Shown here piece after piece: positions 8,240 to 15,931 of a stretch of 64,000 bases of DNA. This DNA comes from Chloroflexota bacterium (GTDB lineage Bacteria > Chloroflexota > Limnocylindria > P2-11E). Within the stretch, counting starts at the first letter, position 1. Every line of letters begins with the position of its first letter. Both the position numbers and the translations under genes were made by a program. The stretch lies in assembly GCA_038040345.1 (NCBI GenBank), contig JBBPIQ010000009.1, positions 3,165-67,164 of the forward strand, written 5' to 3'. The notes beneath the pieces were generated by a model. That model saw nothing but the letters and a program-made list of their open reading frames with translations. It searched no databases and had not been told where the DNA came from.

Positions 8240-10152
8240 TGAACAACCTCCACCGAGGTCTGGCTCGTATTGTCATTGAACCTCAATACGTATTCCCGGC
8301 CGATGTGCGGCTCGAGGAGCTTACGCGCGTCATCGTCGATTTCCCGGTCCGTCACCAACAACACGAGCTGCTTGGCGATCTTCGGGAGGGCCTCAACGAT
8401 GTTGTCAACAACCTCCTCCGACAACCGACCGAAAGGCGTGTCGATGACAAGCGGCGCCTCCTCGCCCGTCACTCTTGTGATTCCGGCGATGAATGAAAGG
8501 CTCAACACCTGGCGCTCACCTGCTGAAAGACTCACCAGCGAACCGGGGCCAAAACGATCTTCGACCTCGAGGCGGTAGTCCGGGGTGACCGTCACGCCGA
8601 CGAACGTCTTTTGTTTCAATGTCAGCTCACGGAAGATCTGGTCGGTACTCTGCTCGATACGTCCGCGCATATCCGTGCTGAACGCTTCCAAAACTCCCCG
8701 GGCCGCATCCCCTGTCTTGACAGCAAGCTCATACGCACGCTTGAGCTTTTGAGCCTCGCCCGTGCGGGCTTCGTGTGATTCGAGCTTGCTCAGGATATCT
8801 AGCAACTTACGTTTCGACTCCTCAATTTCCAGCTCGACTCGGCGAGTCTCGACACGAGTGTCAATCAGTCGGTTGTCGAACAGCTGGCGAGTACGCTCGA
8901 GTCCAGCGACGTCTTCGGAGAAGTCGCTGAGGAGCTTGAGGTGAAGCTCTTCTTCTCGGCGCTGGGTGTCAGCGATCTGCTCGCGGAGCGTTTCTCGCCT
9001 GGTAACAGCCTCGCTCAGCTCCCGACCGACTATCGCGGCCCGCACCTCAAGCCCGCGTACCTCTGTCGCAGCGGCGAGGACGGCATCGGCAACATCGCTC
9101 GGAACGACCGATTTGTGGCGGTTCTCTAAAGCAGACCGCGCGGCGTCGTCCAGGTGACGCCCGCAAATGCACAATCCCTCGCGGAGCAAGTCTTCGATCA
9201 ACTGCTGGCGCATTCCTGCGGGAATCTCGCCGCGCGCTCGCTTCTCTTCAAGAATCTCCTTCGCTCTCTTGACCGCACCCTGAGCTACGAGAGGACCCGC
9301 ACCTGAAACAGCTCGCCGGAGCACGACCGCCGCCTGCTCGTATTCTGCTTCGAACATCGAGAGGCTCTGGTGTACCAGCTTCTCCTCTGCCTGGACCGTA
9401 CGGAGTTCGGCCATCTGATCGAGCTTGGATCTGGTGGCCGATAGTTCATGCTCGAGCTGACTCGCTGCGTCACGGAGATCCTTGAGCCTTTCCTGGGCGG
9501 TGGTCATCTCGGTATTGACCGCCTCCCGCTCGGCAATGAGCGTTTCCTGCTCCTGGGTAAGGTGCCCGGTCTCCCTGAGCGCTTTCGCGGATTCACGCGA
9601 AACTTCGTCCAGGTGCAAGGCTGCGCGCTCGAGGACCTTCAACTTGAGCACGCTCCTAACAGCCTCTCGGACGTCGGCTTCATGCCCTACCCGCGATAGC
9701 TCATCGATCCTCTCGCCATCAAAGAAGAAATACCTGCGCGCATCCGCGGGAAGAATCACGTTCACACTCCGCGATGGGTCTGGAATCCGTACGACCCTGC
9801 CGCCAGTCTCGAGGCGGTCGAGCGTGAACTCCTCCTCCCGCTCGGTCCCTGACGGAGTCCGGACTTGAATCCGTCGCGCCACGTAGCGAGTGCCCTCGTG
9901 CTGGAAATGGAGTTCTACGCTCGCTTTTGCCAGCCGCTCCTCGCCAGCTACCGCTTTGTTTACTAGCTCGCCCTTTACAGCAGCGGCATCCCCATATAGC
10001 ACCCAGTTGAGTGCACCAAAGATTCCGGTCTTGCCCGCACCGTTCAGGCCTGTGATGACAGTGACGTTCTTATCGGTACCGAAAGCAAAAGTAAGCTCGT
10101 TATCGCCTCGGTACTGGCGGAAGTCCCTCAACTTCAGCCGTTGAAGAATCAC
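8236..10152 (-). CDS. DndD-like SMC/Rad50-type ATPase
   Basis: Walker A ITGLNGAGKTGIFGALNWVLYG. A long coiled-coil middle with a central CICGR hook-like motif. Signature LSAGERQ and Walker B PLVIDTPFGRLS. GTG start overlaps the stop of the 58-aa ORF (GTGA). Confidence 0.75.
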   Translation of the reverse strand: MILQRLKLRDFRQYRGDNELTFAFGTDKNVTVITGLNGAGKTGIFGALNWVLYGDAAAVKGELVNKAVAGEERLAKASVELHFQHEGTRYVARRIQVRTPSGTEREEEFTLDRLETGGRVVRIPDPSRSVNVILPADARRYFFFDGERIDELSRVGHEADVREAVRSVLKLKVLERAALHLDEVSRESAKALRETGHLTQEQETLIAEREAVNTEMTTAQERLKDLRDAASQLEHELSATRSKLDQMAELRTVQAEEKLVHQSLSMFEAEYEQAAVVLRRAVSGAGPLVAQGAVKRAKEILEEKRARGEIPAGMRQQLIEDLLREGLCICGRHLDDAARSALENRHKSVVPSDVADAVLAAATEVRGLEVRAAIVGRELSEAVTRRETLREQIADTQRREEELHLKLLSDFSEDVAGLERTRQLFDNRLIDTRVETRRVELEIEESKRKLLDILSKLESHEARTGEAQKLKRAYELAVKTGDAARGVLEAFSTDMRGRIEQSTDQIFRELTLKQKTFVGVTVTPDYRLEVEDRFGPGSLVSLSAGERQVLSLSFIAGITRVTGEEAPLVIDTPFGRLSEEVVDNIVEALPKIAKQLVLLVTDREIDDDARKLLEPHIGREYVLRFNDNTSQTSVEVVQ

Positions 10153-10325
10153 ACACGCTGTCCGCGACGGACTTGGGCGTCGATGATCTCCCGAATCTTC
10201 TCCTTGACACGTGGCCGGTCCATGTCAATGACCGCCTGTTCGGCCAATATCACGTCGGCGAGAATCTCGCGCACGTCGGGCTCCAGCTTTTTGAGGTAAC
10301 CAGACAGAAGATCTTGCACGCCCAT
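10149..10325 (-). CDS. Unlisted 58-aa ORF (below the 60-aa track cutoff), helical, function unknown
   Basis: My own translation is MGVQDLLSGYLKKLEPDVREILADVILAEQAVIDMDRPRVKEKIREIIDAQVRRGQRV. The ATG lies 2 nt after the helicase TGA (tgaacATG), and its TGA overlaps the ATPase GTG. It fills the only gap in the operon. Confidence 0.55.
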   Translation of the reverse strand: MGVQDLLSGYLKKLEPDVREILADVILAEQAVIDMDRPRVKEKIREIIDAQVRRGQRV

Positions 10326-10327
10326 GT

Positions 10328-12367
10328 TCAGATGTACTCCCCCACCAGGTGAATAAGGTTATACGCGTCAAGTATCGGCCAAATGACCGCCCTGGCGGCG
10401 TCGGGATTCATCGAGGATGCGGCGAAGTCAAGCACCCGGCGCAATTCCTTCTCGACGAGCTGCCGTTCGTATTCCCCGCGCAACTTCGGCACGACGACAT
10501 AGTCAACTATCCGGGCCCGGTTCTTTCCAGGGGCGAGCCGAAGCACTCTTCCGCGCCGCTGGATGAATTCCCTCGGATTGCCGCTGCTCGCCAAAATGTA
10601 CGCTTCGCGGGTCTCGGGGATGTCGACACCTTCATCAAGCGCCTTCATCGCAACAAGTGCAGGTATTCGCGCCGCGGCGAACCCCGAGAGCAGTTCTTGC
10701 CTCGTTGCGCTGGGTTCCTCCGCCGTGAAAGCCCGAGGGAGATAACCTGCCGCACGCAGAGTTTCGGAGACAGCATCGAGCTGTCGGCGGGACGCGCAAT
10801 AGAACAGCGTCCGGCTTGGAGGATCGAGAGCGATTGCCTCGCGGACCTTTTCTAACTTCCCCATTGCGCCGTTAAGGACGCGGACTCGCTCTTCTTCTAG
10901 GTGTCCCAGCCGAACTATGTCCCTTTCGCGAACGGCATGTTCGATTTCCTCGACCGTGTGGTCGTAGGTCTCGAGTTCGGACTTGTCGAGATCTACCAGC
11001 ACGGGTTCGTATCGGTACGGTGAGAGGCATCTAGCTGCGATTGCCGCCCGTACTCCGAATTCGTAGACAACTGGACCGAAGTACCTGAATAGTCGCGCCG
11101 TACCGGCCTCGTCCTCCCACCTAGCGGGGGTCGCGGACAGACCGAGACGGTAGGAGAATTTCTCATCCATAAGCGACTCGTGGTGCTCTGCGCCGAGGTG
11201 ATGAACCTCGTCTGCAATCAACAATGCCCGGCGCCCGTCGATTCGCCTGAGTACGCTCTGGAACTCCGACACGCCTGCGGTGCTGATCGTCGAAACGAGG
11301 CAAATGCTCCGGCTCCCGCCTGCAGCCTGCGTGTCGACGGCGTCCCACGCTTCGCGGCGCCAATCGCTTGTTCCGTAACAACGAACCGGACGCAAACCCC
11401 ACGCTGACGCACGGTCGACCCATTGATCAACGAGATGAATGAACGGGGTCACGACGACGAGCGCAAGTTCTCTTTTGACCTGGTCGCGGAGCCGGACAGC
11501 GCAGGCCAAGGACGTCTCTGTCTTGCCGGTGCCTGTGGCCATCGAAAGGATCCCGCGGCCACCGGCCGCCATCCAAGCGTTTACGGCGTCGTCCTGATAG
11601 GGGCGAAGTGTGAATTCGGCAGGCTGGTTAAAGCGACGCGTTAGGCGAACGGCTTCGCGGGCTACAACGGGTACCGATCGACGTGAGGAATTCGCGATCG
11701 AAACGAGCTCGGCGCGCACCGCTTGGGGGAGGGATATGACATCAAGGAGTGGGGTCTCATTGCGCCAAAGCGCTTCGAAGTTCCTGGTCTTTTGTTCGAC
11801 GCGGTCGGAGGAGTCATCCCAGGAGAAGAACACATCGATCGATTCAAAATTGCTCACGAGCCCGCCCACGGTCTCATTCGCGGACCCTGAGAATGCGACG
11901 GCGGAATCGACGTCGTCTCGGAATATTCCGACCTTCTCGTGGAATATCCCTGACCCCTTTCTGGGCACAGCAATTCTGATTTCCAGCCGATCGGCGGCCA
12001 CGAGCCAAGCCAAACGCAAGGCGCTGTCCTTCTTTCCTGCGCTCTCCCAGAGCGCCTCGAGAAGTCGCATCTCGACGATGTCGCTCTTGGCGGCCTCTCC
12101 CCGCTCGATCGCCGTCAAGTCGTCTTCTCTTAGCTGCGGACTCGCAACGAGACGCATCCGACCTTCGTGACGTTCGAAGACGTCAAGACCCTGGGCCGCC
12201 AAGGTCAACCCATCACCGGTGAAGTAGCCGACGGCGCGGTCATAACGGGTTGCTCGGGCCAGACAGGGAACATAGAAGTCGTCGACGATGTCGGACGAAC
12301 CCGAGCGGTACTCCTTCTTGAGCGACAAATCTCGCAAAGCTGAGGCGCCGGCCATCTGACTAGTCAA
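10328..12367 (-). CDS. Phospholipase-D-like (single HKD) nuclease domain fused to an SF2 DEAD/DEAH (ResIII-type) helicase
   Basis: HKD motif HEKVGIFRDDVDSAVAFSGSANET. Helicase motif I MATGTGKT, motif II ADEVHH, motif VI QRRGRVLR. The listed start at 12367 is TTG. An ATG at 12355 lies 4 nt after the upstream TAG and is the likelier start. Confidence 0.8.
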   Translation of the reverse strand: MTSQMAGASALRDLSLKKEYRSGSSDIVDDFYVPCLARATRYDRAVGYFTGDGLTLAAQGLDVFERHEGRMRLVASPQLREDDLTAIERGEAAKSDIVEMRLLEALWESAGKKDSALRLAWLVAADRLEIRIAVPRKGSGIFHEKVGIFRDDVDSAVAFSGSANETVGGLVSNFESIDVFFSWDDSSDRVEQKTRNFEALWRNETPLLDVISLPQAVRAELVSIANSSRRSVPVVAREAVRLTRRFNQPAEFTLRPYQDDAVNAWMAAGGRGILSMATGTGKTETSLACAVRLRDQVKRELALVVVTPFIHLVDQWVDRASAWGLRPVRCYGTSDWRREAWDAVDTQAAGGSRSICLVSTISTAGVSEFQSVLRRIDGRRALLIADEVHHLGAEHHESLMDEKFSYRLGLSATPARWEDEAGTARLFRYFGPVVYEFGVRAAIAARCLSPYRYEPVLVDLDKSELETYDHTVEEIEHAVRERDIVRLGHLEEERVRVLNGAMGKLEKVREAIALDPPSRTLFYCASRRQLDAVSETLRAAGYLPRAFTAEEPSATRQELLSGFAAARIPALVAMKALDEGVDIPETREAYILASSGNPREFIQRRGRVLRLAPGKNRARIVDYVVVPKLRGEYERQLVEKELRRVLDFAASSMNPDAARAVIWPILDAYNLIHLVGEYI

Positions 12368-12911
12368 AATTCTCCGGCTCGATTCCGATCAGCATCATCG
12401 GCCCCGGCACCATCCGCGGGAGACTGGAGACGAGCCGGACCATCTCGGCAGCAACCTGCTCAAAGCTCACCACGTTAGAGTCGATCGCGTTCGCGAACTT
12501 CTGGGTTGGAAGAACAAAGACAGCAAGCCGAACGATTCCCGTCGCGTATCCAAAAGCAACGCGAGTGACAAGGTTATAGGCGTAATACGACCGATTCCCG
12601 AATTCGAATATTGCGTGGACGCCCGTGCGCAACGTATCGGCGGTGACGCGCCTTATACGTATGTCATTTGTGGCTGACTCGGCTGCGAACAAGACGTCCC
12701 TCTTCCATTCCCGCTTCTGCAATTCCGCCCTCAGACTTCGAATCAAACCGGTCTGGTCGAAAACGTATTGCGGCTTTGCCTTGTGGCGCACCTGGCGTGG
12801 AGCTTGTGTGTTGCGGAGGACCTCGACAAGTTCCGAATACGTGCCGAAGATTTCGTTGTCCAAACGGAGCAAGTCAACGGCTCCAGCTAGCGGAGCATCC
12901 CTAATGATCAT
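12360..12911 (-). CDS. BglII/BamHI/BstYI-fold type II restriction endonuclease-like protein
   Basis: ADTLRTGVHAIFEFGNRSYYAYNLV...LAVFVLPTQKFANAIDSNVVSFEQV...PMMLIGIEP matches the remembered BglII-family layout (D..(8-9)..E.x..FGn, then ..vlI.P...l....g..sfe......vigi). The residue two after the putative catalytic E is F rather than Q or K. Confidence 0.55.
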   Translation of the reverse strand: MIIRDAPLAGAVDLLRLDNEIFGTYSELVEVLRNTQAPRQVRHKAKPQYVFDQTGLIRSLRAELQKREWKRDVLFAAESATNDIRIRRVTADTLRTGVHAIFEFGNRSYYAYNLVTRVAFGYATGIVRLAVFVLPTQKFANAIDSNVVSFEQVAAEMVRLVSSLPRMVPGPMMLIGIEPENFD

Positions 12912-12936
12912 TGCGATCAGAACGAATCCGCGTTGC

Positions 12937-13467
12937 TCAGAATCGCTCCATGGGTCGAATGCGAAAGTCTCCTCGACGTCGAGCGATCACTCGGCCGACC
13001 GTCCGTGCAACGCGTGGCGCATCGGTCAATTCGTGATCCCAAATCTCAACGACGACCCACCCTAACGTCCGCAGCTGCGAGCGCACACGAGCGTCGCGAA
13101 GCCGATTGCGGCGAAACTTCGACGACCAAAACTCACGATGGGATTTAGGAAGAGGCAGACGACACGTGGGACATCTGTGCCAAAAGCAGCCATGGACGAA
13201 GATGGCTACGCGCTCGGCACGAAAAGTCAGATCGGCACGGCCCGCGGGGGTGACGGCGTTTCGTCGATAGCCGGTCACATGCGCCTGGCGAAGGGCTCGT
13301 CCCAATCTGATCTCCGGGCCTGTGTGCGCGGGGCGGTTCGCTCGCATGACCGCGCGCGCAGCCAGCGACGATGGCGGCGGATTCCGGGGGTCTGTCGGGA
13401 TTAGCGGTCTAGGCACCTGTGAGAGTGAGCTGCTCGACCCCCGCTCTACGCGTACGCTCTCGATCAT
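12937..13467 (-). CDS. vsr: Very short patch repair (Vsr) T:G mismatch endonuclease
   Basis: MRANRPAHTGPEIRLGRALR...GRADLTF...VAIFVHGCFWHRCPTC...FWSSKFRRNRLRDARV...LGWVVVEIWDHEL are canonical Vsr motifs. The start is uncertain: the ORF opens at 13521, with Met codons at 13479, 13467 and 13347. Any early start overlaps the dcm 3' end, as in E. coli dcm-vsr. Confidence 0.85.
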   Translation of the reverse strand: MIESVRVERGSSSSLSQVPRPLIPTDPRNPPPSSLAARAVMRANRPAHTGPEIRLGRALRQAHVTGYRRNAVTPAGRADLTFRAERVAIFVHGCFWHRCPTCRLPLPKSHREFWSSKFRRNRLRDARVRSQLRTLGWVVVEIWDHELTDAPRVARTVGRVIARRRGDFRIRPMERF

Positions 13468-15292
13468 CCTTCGGCCCATACCTCTTAAGAGCGGCTTCGA
13501 AGAGTCGCGAGGGGTCGGCACCAGAATTCGAGCGGAGTTTTCGGACAGGTCGAGCTCGTAGGTTCGGTTGCCAAATCGCGGGAAGGTTCACCGCGCCCCA
13601 TGTGGTGCCGCTGTTCGCCAACGAGCATACGTAAGCAACTCCTACAAGAAGCGCCGCTGTGCTTGGGGCAGTCCACTTTGCCGAACGCGCGGAGTCTATG
13701 TAGACGACTGTTTGGGTGCTCGTGTATCGGCGACCAACGATTTCGGCGACGGCGTCAAGGATTCTGTAAGGAGTCGAACCGACTGCGACCTTTCCGGACC
13801 ACGCCGCTTGAAGCGTCGATGCATCCGGGACGATTGGGGGGAGGGTCTCTTGGAAATCAGCGATGAGTCGGCGGGCACGATCGAGTGACCGCGCGTCCGA
13901 GATCGTCAAAGCGAGTCTCTCGAGGGCGCCGCGCAAAGAGACCGACTCTGCCCGGACACGCTTTCCGGAGCCCCTGTAGAGGAGGGCCCGCCACTCGACC
14001 AGATGGGCCGGGTGCCGCCGTCCTTCCATCCAGAGAAGATTCGGTGAAGCCAACTTGCCCTGATTGTCGAAATCGATCCGGGAACTGCCGTGCTTTGATC
14101 CTCTGACGTGATCGCGGAACTTTCGAAGGAGCGAGTGAGACCTTCGGCGCTGACCTGTGAGTTCGATGTCCGGTGACGGCAGGATTCCCGTTGTTATGAC
14201 GTGCGGCTGCTCAGGTGAGGCTTCGCCAGCGAGAGCAAGGATTTCCTTGGCGATTGCGAAGGGCACCAGGGGCGGAACCGCGTTGCCAACCAGTTTGTAG
14301 CGCAGGCTCTCCGTCTTCGCCCACCATTGATACGTGATGGGGAATGACTGGACCGATGACGCTTCTCGCACCGTGAGCCGGCGATAGCCATCTTCGGTCG
14401 CGACGATGATGGCCTCGCGATTCGGCCGAAGCTGTGTCGCGACGACCGTCCGAGCCGGCCTATCAAGGGCATCTGGGAAGAGCATCTTTCCGTACCAAGA
14501 ATGCCCGGTCTTCGTTCGCCGGATTTCATCGACTTCGTCGTCAGTGAGACGCAGGGCAGTCGAGAAGTGGTCAGTAAGTTCGTGAGCGGGCACGCCAAAA
14601 TCGTAAATCGGATCCGTAATCACTTCGCCAAGCTGCGGCCGGCGCTCCGGAGCTGGAAGACCACCAATCACATCGCCGAGACTGCGCGATTCGGGCAACA
14701 GTCCCGGTCTCTGCGCATGCGTCGCTTCGGGTAGTGGAAAGTCACCCGAGAAGAGTCGCGCACGTCTCTGCGGAACGCCGTAGTCGGATGCGAGAAGTAT
14801 TTGTCTTCGTGGGATGCTCAGGGTGCCCTTTCCGCGGACTCCGAGCTTAGAAAGCGGCACTTCCTCAGGAAGAAACTCCAGAGTCCGCGGGACATTTTCC
14901 ATGATCCACCACTTTGGCTTCAGTTCATAAACGAATCGAAGAAACCGGTATACGAGTCGGAGCCCTGCCTCGATATCGCCACTCCCGCCCCGCTTCGCAA
15001 ACGAAAACTCAGTGCAGGGAGGACTTCCGATCAGGACGTCGACGTGACCGACCCGTTCGGGAGCATATGACAAGAGGTCCGCCTGTTCGACGGTCGTATC
15101 TGGATGGTTTACCCGGTGCGTTTCGACGGCCGCACGCCAGAAATCAACCGCGTGAACGACGCGAAATCCGGCTTGCCGGAAGCCTTCCGAGAATCCCCCT
15201 GCCCCGCAAAACAAATCCGCGCACGTGAGGCTCATCGGTACGACAGTACCGAACGAGGCCGACTCGCCGGTTCGTCGTCGTCGAACGAGCAC
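13409..15292 (-). CDS. dcm: DNA (cytosine-5)-methyltransferase with a ~250-aa C-terminal extension of unknown function
   Basis: Motif I DLFCGAGGFSEGF, motif IV GSPPCTEFS, ENV, QRRARLF and GNAVPP. A likelier start is the ATG at 15235 (MSLTCADLFCGAGG). No motif is recognised after ~aa 380. Confidence 0.9.
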   Translation of the reverse strand: MLVRRRRTGESASFGTVVPMSLTCADLFCGAGGFSEGFRQAGFRVVHAVDFWRAAVETHRVNHPDTTVEQADLLSYAPERVGHVDVLIGSPPCTEFSFAKRGGSGDIEAGLRLVYRFLRFVYELKPKWWIMENVPRTLEFLPEEVPLSKLGVRGKGTLSIPRRQILLASDYGVPQRRARLFSGDFPLPEATHAQRPGLLPESRSLGDVIGGLPAPERRPQLGEVITDPIYDFGVPAHELTDHFSTALRLTDDEVDEIRRTKTGHSWYGKMLFPDALDRPARTVVATQLRPNREAIIVATEDGYRRLTVREASSVQSFPITYQWWAKTESLRYKLVGNAVPPLVPFAIAKEILALAGEASPEQPHVITTGILPSPDIELTGQRRRSHSLLRKFRDHVRGSKHGSSRIDFDNQGKLASPNLLWMEGRRHPAHLVEWRALLYRGSGKRVRAESVSLRGALERLALTISDARSLDRARRLIADFQETLPPIVPDASTLQAAWSGKVAVGSTPYRILDAVAEIVGRRYTSTQTVVYIDSARSAKWTAPSTAALLVGVAYVCSLANSGTTWGAVNLPAIWQPNLRARPVRKLRSNSGADPSRLFEAALKRYGPKDDRERTRRAGVEQLTLTGA

Positions 15293-15931
15293 CCTGAGGA
15301 GGGCGCCAGCGGACGTGGAAGCGGCCGCTCAAGCACACCGGCGACGGTCGTCGCCAACGACATCAATGATAGTGGGTCGATCGGCTCCGACGCAGTGGCC
15401 TATTTGGTTGTGAAAAGATCGGGAGCCAAGGTGCCTCTCTTTCTCCGGGCCCGCACTTGGCCTAGGTCCATCCCTTTCTTGGGATGGGTGGCTGCTAGCG
15501 CCCGAGTTCTACGCCGCGGCGAAGCGGTGTAAACGGTCCGAAGCACGACTTGCGGAGCCTCGCGCAATACCGTGCTCACACCCCTACCCGCCTGCGCACC
15601 GAGGGACGTGCACGCTCTCCTGAGTCGGAGCGACCTGCTATCGAACTCTTCCGGCTAGTGCCAATCCTGGTCATCGAGCCGCATGACGCCGCACACTGCT
15701 TAGGACTCTCCGTCCACTTCGGGTCTCGAGACCGGGCAAACGCCGAAGTAGGCCTCCCCCGAAGATATCGTCATCCTCGGTATAGAGGTACCGGCGTCCG
15801 ACAGTCACCTGGCCGACTACGGTTGTCTTTGGGTCCTGCCGCAATTCAGCGACCTCGAATCGAACTGGCGACACATGGTTCTTCGGACCATTGCTCGTTC
15901 AACCGATCTCGAGGTGCCCAACGTAAGGGCA

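Noticed and set aside
7808-15292. Canonical Dnd or Ssp phosphorothioation system
   Set aside because: Only a DndD-like ATPase and a small associated-type protein are present. No cysteine desulfurase, DndC/SspD-type PAPS-reductase fold or DndE is visible anywhere in the window.
7808-15292. Type I or type III restriction-modification system
   Set aside because: There is no HsdS-like specificity subunit and no N6/N4 Mod-type methylase. The methylase is a C5 enzyme with Vsr, and the helicase carries an HKD domain rather than a Res endonuclease motif.
15671-15874. 67-aa minus-strand ORF between the Shedu gene and dcm
   Set aside because: The first half (MSPVRFEVAELRQDPKTTVVGQVTVGRRYLYTEDDDIF) is protein-like, but the second half is Arg-rich. 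It has no recognisable motif, Shine-Dalgarno or coupling. It could still be a small regulator, but is not supported enough to call.
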